Source: an uncultured Planctomycetales bacterium (GTDB taxonomy: Bacteria > Omnitrophota > Gorgyraeia > Aquiviventales > Aquiviventaceae). From it: a DNA stretch of 64,000 nt. The DNA lies in NCBI GenBank assembly GCA_964373175.1, contig CAYJTP010000001.1, positions 41,654-105,653 on the forward strand, in the 5' to 3' direction. The translations under genes were made by a program, and so were the position numbers. The notes below the pieces were generated by a model. It saw only the letters and a program-made list of their open reading frames with translations. It had not been told where the DNA came from and ran no database searches. Positions 44,882 through 53,363 of the stretch are shown here, piece after piece. Position 1 is the stretch's first letter. Each line of letters begins with the position of its first letter.

Positions 44882-45840
44882 TTCACGGCACCTCTGCTGA
44901 ACGCTTTTGCCCACGCGACACACGCCTTCGCGCGTTGGGGCCCGAGAACCCAATCGAGGCTCCTTCGTGCCCTGTGCTTCAACGTCGAACTGTAGAAATA
45001 GGTGATCTGATACCTCCAAAAAACCAGCCGCAGAGCTCTGGCTTTGGCCACAGCATGGTTCGAGCCCTGCAGGTTCAGTGCAGGTCTTTCGACCGGAGGG
45101 GCGGCCTTCGCCAACACCCGTAAGCCTCTTCCTTCATCCCCCACAACACAAGAAGAAAATCCAACCTGTCCCAGCAGGGACAAAAACGATGGGCGTGTGA
45201 AGAGCCGTAAATGCTGGGCCCCGAGGAACTCGCCCAGGTGGTGGCGAGGCTTCCAGGCATTGGGGACTTCAAGATACAACCGTCCGTCCGGTCTCAAGAG
45301 AGTCTTCACCCGCGTCAGAAAGGCGCAGGGGTCAGAGACATGCTCCAACACCCGCAAGGCGGCCACCAGATCAAATCTCCCTGGAGGCAGGGACGCCTCC
45401 TCGAAAGTCCCTCGCCGGATATCCAACCCGTACGCCCGTTGCCCAAACCGGGCAAAGGCGGAGGGCTCGATGCCGCACGTCTCCCATCCCAGCCGATGAA
45501 ATCTCAACAGGAAGGAACCCTCGGAGCAACCAATGTCCAGCACCCTCCCCCTCTGCCTGAGATGGGGAGCCGCCCAGTGAAAATCTTCCTCGGCCTGACG
45601 CCCCTTCCACCACAGGTGCTCCTCACTTGGGGTGTCTTCCGCCCGCAACGTTTCGTAGAGTCGTGTTAACTCCCCAGGCTCCAGTTGCGGCCGAGAGTAC
45701 ACCAATCCGCAGGTCTGACACATCACCTTCACTACGCGGGCCCGTTCCAGCCCCAATCGCTGGAGGTACGCATCCCGGCGCAGCACGTAGACCGGCACCG
45801 CCGCCCAGGAACCACACACAAGACACGGGACGTCCTTCAT
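44875..45840 (-). CDS. SAM-dependent methyltransferase with N-terminal Cys4 zinc-binding domain (Methyltransf_13-like)
   Basis: CLVCGS...CQTCGLVYSRP ribbon; VLDIGCSEGSFLL motif I. Start at the ATG in an ATGA overlap. Confidence 0.75.
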   Translation of the reverse strand: MKDVPCLVCGSWAAVPVYVLRRDAYLQRLGLERARVVKVMCQTCGLVYSRPQLEPGELTRLYETLRAEDTPSEEHLWWKGRQAEEDFHWAAPHLRQRGRVLDIGCSEGSFLLRFHRLGWETCGIEPSAFARFGQRAYGLDIRRGTFEEASLPPGRFDLVAALRVLEHVSDPCAFLTRVKTLLRPDGRLYLEVPNAWKPRHHLGEFLGAQHLRLFTRPSFLSLLGQVGFSSCVVGDEGRGLRVLAKAAPPVERPALNLQGSNHAVAKARALRLVFWRYQITYFYSSTLKHRARRSLDWVLGPQRAKACVAWAKAFSRGAVKR

Positions 45841-46541
45841 CGGCTGTATTCTCCTGAGCCACACAATTGTAGGAGAGCCTGCGCGAGCCTCAATCCATCC
45901 TCGTCATGGAGATCGACCTGGCTACTCACATCCCGGACTGGAACTAACCCGATTCGATCTCCAAGCCGTCTACCAGATCGAACGATGTCGGCTCGAATGG
46001 CGGTCGCCATCCCCGCCAACTCCTTATAGGTAGGTTGCACCTGATGACGCGTATGATCTCCCTCCTCAGGGTGGAGCTGCTCGAGGCTGTTTTCCGAAAA
46101 CCGCCAGAAGCGATGGCGCTCCTCCCGAGCGGCAAAGACCGTATCCAATCCTTCTGTCTGAAGCACCTCGACGACATCGTCGATCAGCCCTGGTGGCCGG
46201 ATCGGATGCGTCACCTCGAGCAAGACCACAATATCCACCGGGTAAGAGTCCTCTTGCTCGAGCCACTGGAGGCAATGTTGGAGGACCTGAATCATCGGCA
46301 CCCCTGCAGCCGCGAGGTGGGGTGGTCGGAAAAAGGGGACCTCCGTCCCGTAACCCCTGGCCACCTCCGCGACCACGGCGCTATCCGTAGAGACGAGAAT
46401 CCGGTCCAGACATGTCGCCTGACGTGCGGCCTCAATCGTGTAGGTGAGCACCGGTTTTCCACACAGCAGGGACTCTGGTGTCATCTGGGCCTCCGGGTCA
46501 CTGCCCCGGAGCGGGATGATCGCTACCGTGTTCAGATGCAT
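45837..46541 (-). CDS. NeuA-family cytidylyltransferase (CMP-ulosonic acid synthetase-like), divergent
   Basis: VAIIPLRGS...GKPVLTYTIEAARQ...ILVSTDS...EVPFFRP follows the CMP-NeuAc synthetase pattern but lacks the GSKG loop. Confidence 0.65.
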   Translation of the reverse strand: MHLNTVAIIPLRGSDPEAQMTPESLLCGKPVLTYTIEAARQATCLDRILVSTDSAVVAEVARGYGTEVPFFRPPHLAAAGVPMIQVLQHCLQWLEQEDSYPVDIVVLLEVTHPIRPPGLIDDVVEVLQTEGLDTVFAAREERHRFWRFSENSLEQLHPEEGDHTRHQVQPTYKELAGMATAIRADIVRSGRRLGDRIGLVPVRDVSSQVDLHDEDGLRLAQALLQLCGSGEYSR

Positions 46542-47920
46542 GATCGCCCTTCCAGCCATCGTGCGAGAAATGCCAGCGTGCGATCAACCGCCCCGCTCTC
46601 CTGTTGGATCAGGCGAGCCCCGGCAGTCCGAATCGCCTGAAGTGGAGCGTGGCCGGTCAGAACGTCAACCGCTCGGCTCGCCAGAGTCATGGGTGAATCC
46701 ACCTCAAGCCCTGGCCAAGCCTCCAACAACTGCGTAGTGGCGGTTCGCCAAAGATTCATATGGGGGCCAAAGAGGGGTGGCACCCCGTGCGCTAATGGCT
46801 CTAGGGGGTTATGGCCCCCTCTCCGTTCATTGATTGGGACAAGACTGGACCCAATAACGGCCACATCGGCCGCACCATAGATCGTCCGGAGCTCCCCAAA
46901 CGTATCCACTACTAACGCGTCGTACCGCCCCAACTCTGGCGTAGGATGTTGGGCCACCGCGGTTCGCGTCATGACCCTGAAGCCATGTTCCCTGACCCGT
47001 CCCACCATTGCGGGAACGTCGTGAAGCCAGCGTGGCGCGATGATCAACCGGCTGCTCGGAAGGCTCGCCCGGATCAGGCTGAAGGCCTCAAGCATGGTTC
47101 CAATTTCTCCTGGAGGCAGGCTCCCAGCAATCATGACGCGATCCTCTTCTCGAAGGCCGAGGCTACCCCGAAGCGCTTGACGCTCCGCTGGAGAGAGTTG
47201 GAGATGGCTCAGATCCCCTTCCAATTTCCCTGTGACGGCCAACCGATCGGTCGGCACCCCCAGCGAACGAAAGGCGTCGTAATCGGCTTCGCTTTGGACC
47301 GCGATGGCATCGAGCGTGCGGTGGACGCCCAAGGCGAGCGAACGTCGCAAACACGGGTTCGCCACGTGCACATTCCGAGTAAGCACGGCGTTCACCAGCA
47401 CCGTTGTCACCCCTCGCCGCTTCGCATGCTTGAGGAGCGTTGGGAAATAGGCATTCGCCACAAACACCAACGCCTTAGGATTCAACCGGCGGACCACGCG
47501 CGAGACTGGAAGTGAGGTATCCCAAGGTGGGAATGCCACCCGCCCTGGACCATACCACTGGCGGAGCAGCCCGTGTGCATCGTACGAATCGGTGGAGAAA
47601 TAACACGGGTCTCCTCCCGCTTCCAATTGGCGAATCAGGGACTGCGCCATGATCACCTCACCGCCAGAATTCATATGGATCCACAGCGGTTTGGTCCCAT
47701 CATACTGTTCGAGCTCTGCCGGCAACCACCCCCACTGATCCCAAAACCGACGGACCATCAGATCGTGCACAGCGCGACGAGGGTGCAGCAGCACGCGCTT
47801 CGTCAAGGTAATTGGGAAATACGCATACGCCAATGCTGCATAGGGCATCTGATAGCGAGCCCACGTGGTCCAGCGCTCCTGGGCGCTGCGGAACTCACCG
47901 GTCGAGGGATTCCCCATCAC
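46532..47920 (-). CDS. 3-deoxy-D-manno-octulosonic-acid transferase-like glycosyltransferase (GT30, KdtA/WaaA family)
   Basis: 462 aa. N-terminal LWIHMNSGGEV (WaaA HxxSxGE-like) and a C-terminal GT-B domain (VVDTFGELRTIYGAADVAVIGSSL). Confidence 0.7.
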   Translation of the reverse strand: MMGNPSTGEFRSAQERWTTWARYQMPYAALAYAYFPITLTKRVLLHPRRAVHDLMVRRFWDQWGWLPAELEQYDGTKPLWIHMNSGGEVIMAQSLIRQLEAGGDPCYFSTDSYDAHGLLRQWYGPGRVAFPPWDTSLPVSRVVRRLNPKALVFVANAYFPTLLKHAKRRGVTTVLVNAVLTRNVHVANPCLRRSLALGVHRTLDAIAVQSEADYDAFRSLGVPTDRLAVTGKLEGDLSHLQLSPAERQALRGSLGLREEDRVMIAGSLPPGEIGTMLEAFSLIRASLPSSRLIIAPRWLHDVPAMVGRVREHGFRVMTRTAVAQHPTPELGRYDALVVDTFGELRTIYGAADVAVIGSSLVPINERRGGHNPLEPLAHGVPPLFGPHMNLWRTATTQLLEAWPGLEVDSPMTLASRAVDVLTGHAPLQAIRTAGARLIQQESGAVDRTLAFLARWLEGRSCI

Positions 47921-49698
47921 GTCCGCAAGATGTATTCGACCAACCGGAACGGAAAGTCATCCTTCACGTGCAGGAGTTCAAGCCTAGCCCGTTCAAACAT
48001 CGATAACCAGCGCGCCGTCGTGGTTGGCAAGCCCTGCCACGTCAGGGGATGGATGATGTACTGGTAAAACAGCGGATGGATGCGGTCCGGAAACGGCAGT
48101 GCCTTAACCTCTTCATCCGACAGGCGGTTGAATTCCCCGACAAAGATATACCGCCCGGGGAACTGCCGCTTGAGCCCCGCAAAGAGCTGGACGACCGGCT
48201 CTTCGCCATCTCGCAGGAACTCATGGAAGGACATGATGCCGTTGAAGGCACCAACCTCCTTGACCTCGCTGGCAAACGTCTCTGGTCGGGTGAAATCGCC
48301 CTTGACCAGCCGAATGCGGTCAGTCAATCCGGCCTCTGCTACACGGCGCCGGGCCTCCTCAAGCGCCTCCTCTGAGATGTCGATCCCGATACCCCGAAGA
48401 GCCGGATCCAACCGACAGAAGGCAATGAGCGTTTCGCCAGATCCGCAGCCGAGATCAGCGAACGTCCGCACACCCCGCTTGGTCAGCTCTGACACGACCC
48501 AGGGATAGTTTGATTTGCCCGTGTAGTAACTGCCGCGGGCCAGCCAATCCCCTCGGCGGACGAAACCCACGCCGTAGCGCTTTTCCTCGCGTAGTGCGGG
48601 CACGAGTTCGTAGAGCAGACACGCATAGGCGCCGACCGCTCCAAAGGACATGGCCAGCACGGGATCGGTGAAGAGCCACTCGCCGCGGTCGGTGAGGGCA
48701 AATCGGTCCCCTTCTTTCTGCAGCACGCGGTCGGCAAAGGCGAGGAAGTGCAGCACGCCATCCAAGAGGTACGTGTTGAGTCCACATTCCGCGGCCAATT
48801 CTTTGACGGTCTTGGGACCGCTGCGGCGCAGCACCTCGAAGACACCGGTCTCGTGGAGAGCAAACAGGATAAAGGCCCTTGCGTACCCATTCCGAATGTT
48901 CTGAGACCACGTTTTCACATCGTCCCCAAGCCAACCCTCTTTCAGATCAGTGCCGCCGGCGCCATTGCCAGACAGTAGCGGGGCAGCGGGTGCCTCCGGA
49001 TAACGCAACAGCTGTTCCGCCAGCCAGAAATCCAAGGGGGTATGGATATCGATTGACGTGCGAAAATCATTCGTTTCCACAATGTCCACGCGCGAGCCCA
49101 CACGCTGGCCTGCTCGGATGAGCGACGCTCTGGTGGCGCAGGCCACGCCGGTATCCTCCCGGTAGAGGTACGCCTTGCGGCTCTGCCGGGAGGTATAGGT
49201 CGCTAATTCTGGCGCAAGCCGCTGGAAACCTTCCGGCGTCCGATGCCAGTAGTTTTTGTGCGTCTTGTACCCTGAGAAGACGGTTTCCAACTCGGGATGA
49301 GCCGCAAGCCGATGGACGCACTCCCGGATTATGTCCGGCGTCCGGAACAGGTCCGTCGTCTGCAGGTACACGACGATGTCAAACGTGATTCCCCGCAGTT
49401 GTTCGTACGTGACGAGGGCGTGCTGGAGCATGGGCTCGGCAGGTACAGAGTCCTCAGCGAGCTCGCGCGGACGAAGAAACGGGACCTCAGCTCCAGCGTC
49501 GCGGGCGATGCGGGCGACACGCTCATCCTCGGTGCTCACGAGCACGACATCGCACACCCCGGAGACCTTCGCGTGCTCGATGGTATGGACTAGGAGGGGT
49601 TTGCCGCCGATCGGCAGCAGGTTCTTACCCGGCAAGCCCTTTGAACCGGCCCGTGCCCCGATGATCGCGATTGTCCTTGGCAGCGCGGCTGGCATCAC
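47917..49698 (-). CDS. fusion: NeuA-family cytidylyltransferase + class I SAM O-methyltransferase (with dimerisation/wHTH-like linker)
   Basis: 593 aa. IAIIGARAGSKGLPGKNLLPIGGKPLLVHTIEHA...VPFLRP (CMP-sugar synthetase). C-terminal FADLGCGSGETL motif I, preceded by a winged-helix-like segment as in plant-type O-MTs. Confidence 0.75.
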   Translation of the reverse strand: MMPAALPRTIAIIGARAGSKGLPGKNLLPIGGKPLLVHTIEHAKVSGVCDVVLVSTEDERVARIARDAGAEVPFLRPRELAEDSVPAEPMLQHALVTYEQLRGITFDIVVYLQTTDLFRTPDIIRECVHRLAAHPELETVFSGYKTHKNYWHRTPEGFQRLAPELATYTSRQSRKAYLYREDTGVACATRASLIRAGQRVGSRVDIVETNDFRTSIDIHTPLDFWLAEQLLRYPEAPAAPLLSGNGAGGTDLKEGWLGDDVKTWSQNIRNGYARAFILFALHETGVFEVLRRSGPKTVKELAAECGLNTYLLDGVLHFLAFADRVLQKEGDRFALTDRGEWLFTDPVLAMSFGAVGAYACLLYELVPALREEKRYGVGFVRRGDWLARGSYYTGKSNYPWVVSELTKRGVRTFADLGCGSGETLIAFCRLDPALRGIGIDISEEALEEARRRVAEAGLTDRIRLVKGDFTRPETFASEVKEVGAFNGIMSFHEFLRDGEEPVVQLFAGLKRQFPGRYIFVGEFNRLSDEEVKALPFPDRIHPLFYQYIIHPLTWQGLPTTTARWLSMFERARLELLHVKDDFPFRLVEYILRT

Positions 49699-51356
49699 CC
49701 CTCCAGGGAACTCACGGACGCAGCGGTGGGGACGTGGGGTCGCTCATGGATAAGCTCGATGACGCGCGCCACACGCTGTGCCCGCCGCTCGTCACGGCCT
49801 TGGTGGATCCCGTGATAGTGGTACACGCTGGCGAGCGGCGTGTACACGATCTGGTGGCCCTCCGCCAGCACCTTCTTTGCCCAATCTCGATCTTCAACAC
49901 CGTTGAGCTGCTCGTCGAACGGGATTCGTTGCCACACGGCCTTGCAGATCATCGAGTTCGCGTTATGGAAGAAGTAGTCCTGCCCATGTTGCATGCGCCG
50001 CTCTGCTCCAAATGTCGTCCATAAGTCCCGTTTATCAAAATGACTCGTATCGGGCATCGGCTCTTGTCGGCCATAGGCAGCCGCCACAAATGGGAGTCGG
50101 CCATAGCCCGTCGCCCGTTCGCATGCGAAGCCCTCGAGCCACCGGTCGTGGACCGGGATGCAGTGGGCCGACAGGTTGACCACCCATGGGCAGTGCGCGG
50201 CGTCAATGCCCCGATTGAGGGCGCGGCCGAAACTGAACTCATCATCACGCATGGTGAGGACGCGGCACTCGAACTGGCGCGCGACCTCTACCGACTCATC
50301 CGACGAGTCGTTGTCCACGACGATGATCTCCTTCGGCGGCCGCTGCTGGTTGAGGAGGGCCCACAGCGAGCGACGCAGCCATCCGGCTTCGTTCTTGGTC
50401 CGAATGACCACGGAAATCTCCAGTGGCAACCCCGAACTCCTCACAGTCCACGGAACCACCATCCCGAAGGTCATGGGCTCGCCGGGCTCGCGGTCATACA
50501 GCAACTGCGCGCCCTCCAGGCGAGCCGTCATGGCAGGCGTGAAGCCTTTCAGCTTAGGCACCATCTCAACGTCGCTCGAGGCCAAACGACTGCCGGCTCG
50601 TAGGGACCGTCGGGCAACTAGGCTTGGCGCAAACGCCAGCGGCGATTCGCCCTGGGGAACCGCAGCCAGCTGTGCTGCTCCTTGCTGAAACGTGGAAACC
50701 AGCGACTCGTGTTCCCGCACGTAGGTGACCAGCCGCGCGAACTCATGTGGATAGAGGCTTCCCTGGTGCTCAGGTCCTCCAAGGCTTCGGTTCAAGGTCA
50801 ATCCCTTCAAAATCGTCTCGGCTCCGGCCAATGCCCCGTTCAGGGCTCGCCACGGCTCTGGAAACTCATCAGAATAGCCCACGCCCCATCCGAGCTCACG
50901 AACCTGTTGTCTGAGTCTGAACCACTCCGACAGCCGCTCGCCGCGGTTCATGACGATGACGACCAGATGGACTAACCGCTCGTCAACCGGCCCCAGGTCG
51001 AGGTCAACTGTAGCATTGTTGTCGATGAGCAGCAGCATCGGCTTCTGGCAGGTTCGAAGCGCCAGGAGGGACTGGAAGCCCTGAAGGTCTCTGGGACGGA
51101 GGAGATAGCCTGCCGCATCACGGAGTAGCGGCTGATGCAGATCGTCGGAGCTCGAGATTTCGAGGTAGGGATCAAGGTCACAGGCCCTCGCGCTCTGGCA
51201 TAGCTGCTGTGCCACATGGTTCGAAACCCATGGTCGCCGTGGGATGACCACACCAGAAACCTTGCACTCCACAGCCCACTCGATGAGTCGTAGTCCTCGT
51301 TCAGGCGCCTGCTGCTCAATCATCAGTTCAGCGAGGAGTTGCCGCGGTGTGCTCAT
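49695..51356 (-). CDS. fusion: degenerate NeuB-like (TIM-barrel) domain + GT2 glycosyltransferase
   Basis: C-terminal ISVVIRTKNEAGWLRRSLWALLNQQ...IIVVDNDSSDES is GT2. The N-terminal ~300 aa has NeuB-like spacing (GWGVGYSDEF versus NeuB IGYSDHT) but lacks the His. Start at the ATG in an ATGA overlap (MSTPRQL). Confidence 0.6.
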   Translation of the reverse strand: MSTPRQLLAELMIEQQAPERGLRLIEWAVECKVSGVVIPRRPWVSNHVAQQLCQSARACDLDPYLEISSSDDLHQPLLRDAAGYLLRPRDLQGFQSLLALRTCQKPMLLLIDNNATVDLDLGPVDERLVHLVVIVMNRGERLSEWFRLRQQVRELGWGVGYSDEFPEPWRALNGALAGAETILKGLTLNRSLGGPEHQGSLYPHEFARLVTYVREHESLVSTFQQGAAQLAAVPQGESPLAFAPSLVARRSLRAGSRLASSDVEMVPKLKGFTPAMTARLEGAQLLYDREPGEPMTFGMVVPWTVRSSGLPLEISVVIRTKNEAGWLRRSLWALLNQQRPPKEIIVVDNDSSDESVEVARQFECRVLTMRDDEFSFGRALNRGIDAAHCPWVVNLSAHCIPVHDRWLEGFACERATGYGRLPFVAAAYGRQEPMPDTSHFDKRDLWTTFGAERRMQHGQDYFFHNANSMICKAVWQRIPFDEQLNGVEDRDWAKKVLAEGHQIVYTPLASVYHYHGIHQGRDERRAQRVARVIELIHERPHVPTAASVSSLEG

Positions 51357-52483
51357 CGATCCCACTCGGTCGCCATCGCACAGAGCACCCGTTCGTGCGT
51401 GGTGGAATGATCCAGGCCTAACTGACGAAGCCATGGCCGGCAGACGAAACGCGTGAAGGCCTCAGCGGCCTGCGCGAGGTTCATCATCCGCCCGTTCAAC
51501 GTCGGATGCCCGCTCCATCGGGCATGGCGGAGGAACACCGTCTCCAAGGGACTGTAGATGATGTCGTAGCAGACAGTGGTACGAGGCAACCGACTGCAGC
51601 TCACCAGCGAGACCTCCTGATTACGCTGGATGTCTCCGACGGACTTCCAATACCAGTCCTCACGGAACACATCCTCTGCTCCCGGGGTGCCAGCAAGGAC
51701 TTCAGGATGGGCCGGCCCAAGCGCGGAATATGGCTCCAAGCAAGTCCACCGACCGTCCCGCAACTTTCGGATACCCCCCTGTCCCTTTACCGTCGCGTTG
51801 ATGACCAGATCCACTTGAGGCAGGTGGTGGACGATCATTCCTTCATCGATTGCGGTCAACCGTCCGGACCGCGTCCCTGCTAGACGCTCCACTAGATGCT
51901 GCGCCTGGGGTTGCGTTCGATTCGCAATGATCAGCTCGCCCTGCAGCATCTGGTCCCAGAGATAGAAGGCCAGCGCTTGAGCCGCACCCCCTGCTCCCAG
52001 TAACAGCACACGCGCACGGGAGAGATCTGAGAAGAGGGGCTGGCTGCCGCCAGCAGCCGGCGAAGTCAAGGCGCGCAGCCCGCCCAGCCCATCGGTGTTG
52101 TAGCCTACAAGCCGCCCATCTGCTCCCCGGGCGATGACGTTGACGGCGCCGATACGTTCAGCCAGTAGGTCGAGCTCGTCCAGCAAAGGGATCACGGCCA
52201 CCTTGTAGGGCACTGTCACGCTGCCGCCCAAGAAGGCGTCACTGCACCGCAGTAGCTGGATGACCTGAGACAACTGATCCTGCGAGACGTCGAAGGGAAC
52301 GTAGACCGCTTCAAGGCCAAGCGCGGCAAATGCCGCGTTCCATAGGCGTGGGCTCTTCGCATACGTCGAGGGCGTATCGCCCAGGATCGCGGCGATGCGC
52401 TTGCCCTGCAGTGCCGCCACGTCAAGCGGGTTGGTCACCAGCCGCTGGAGTTCCTCAAGCCACGTGTCCTGGGTGGTCGTCAT
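51353..52483 (-). CDS. shikimate 5-dehydrogenase (AroE) family oxidoreductase homolog
   Basis: 376 aa. N-terminal substrate-binding pattern (GDTPSTYAKSPRLWNAAF, NVTVPYK) and the glycine-rich NAD(P) site VLLLGAGGAAQA. Confidence 0.7.
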   Translation of the reverse strand: MTTTQDTWLEELQRLVTNPLDVAALQGKRIAAILGDTPSTYAKSPRLWNAAFAALGLEAVYVPFDVSQDQLSQVIQLLRCSDAFLGGSVTVPYKVAVIPLLDELDLLAERIGAVNVIARGADGRLVGYNTDGLGGLRALTSPAAGGSQPLFSDLSRARVLLLGAGGAAQALAFYLWDQMLQGELIIANRTQPQAQHLVERLAGTRSGRLTAIDEGMIVHHLPQVDLVINATVKGQGGIRKLRDGRWTCLEPYSALGPAHPEVLAGTPGAEDVFREDWYWKSVGDIQRNQEVSLVSCSRLPRTTVCYDIIYSPLETVFLRHARWSGHPTLNGRMMNLAQAAEAFTRFVCRPWLRQLGLDHSTTHERVLCAMATEWDR

Positions 52484-53325
52484 GCAACCCTCACCAGCCC
52501 AGCCGTCAGCCTCCGTCCAACAGCGGGAGCCATCGTTTCGAGCTGCTGCATGAGCTGCCCAAACGCCCCGTAGTCTAACGCCTGCAGGGGATCCACGGCT
52601 GCCTGCTCCGGTGTTGGATGGACGTCAATCAAGATCCCATCGGCACCAATCGCCAGGGCCGCGCGCGCCACGGGGGCGACATACGGCCGTCGAAACGTTG
52701 CGTGACTCGGATCAACCAAGATGGGGAGGTGCGTGTACTCTTGCGCCGCGGGAACCACCTGGAGGTCCACGATGAAGCGCGACGTAGGCGCATGGGTATG
52801 AGGCGCGACGATGCCGCGCTCGCACAAAACAACCTGTGAATTGCCGCCAGCGAGGAGATACTCAGCGGCCCCGAGCCAGTCGCGCAAGCTGGCTCCAAAG
52901 TGGCGCTTGAGGAGAACGGGTTTGCCTATTTTCGAAACGGCTTCAAGGAGCGGAACGTTCTGCATGTTGCGCGAGCCGATCTGCAGCATGTCGGCATAGG
53001 TGGCCACCACTTCCACCACCCGCACATCCATCACTTCCGTGACGACCGGTAACCCTGCGGCGTCCCCGGCTTCGCGCAGGTACCGCAGGCCTTCTTCACG
53101 CAATTCAAACATTGTGGTGTTCCGATACGGAAATGTGAGCGGCTTGAACGCCCCGCCACGCAACATCTGCGCCCCAAGCTCCTTGACGCGGTGGGCAATC
53201 TCACGGATCTGCGCGCGACTCTCGACCACACAAGGGCCAGCAATCACCGTGAAGGTCTCAGCGCCTATCGCGTGACCGCCAACCGTCACGATCGTCTTGT
53301 GGGTTGGGGTTCGCCGGGCTGCCAA
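52480..53325 (-). CDS. DAHP-synthase-I-beta / Kdo8P-synthase family aldolase, divergent active-site motif; start uncertain
   Basis: KTIVTVGGHAIGAETFTVIAGPCVVES...LRGGAFKPLTFPY (canonical KPRTSPY)...PILVDPSH. The track ORF (to 53517) would overlap the upstream gene by 154 nt; TTG at 53325 is provisionally chosen. Confidence 0.6.
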   Translation of the reverse strand: MAARRTPTHKTIVTVGGHAIGAETFTVIAGPCVVESRAQIREIAHRVKELGAQMLRGGAFKPLTFPYRNTTMFELREEGLRYLREAGDAAGLPVVTEVMDVRVVEVVATYADMLQIGSRNMQNVPLLEAVSKIGKPVLLKRHFGASLRDWLGAAEYLLAGGNSQVVLCERGIVAPHTHAPTSRFIVDLQVVPAAQEYTHLPILVDPSHATFRRPYVAPVARAALAIGADGILIDVHPTPEQAAVDPLQALDYGAFGQLMQQLETMAPAVGRRLTAGLVRVA

Positions 53326-53363
53326 GGGAAGGTTGTGCTCTAGGTCACTGGGTGAGATGTCTT

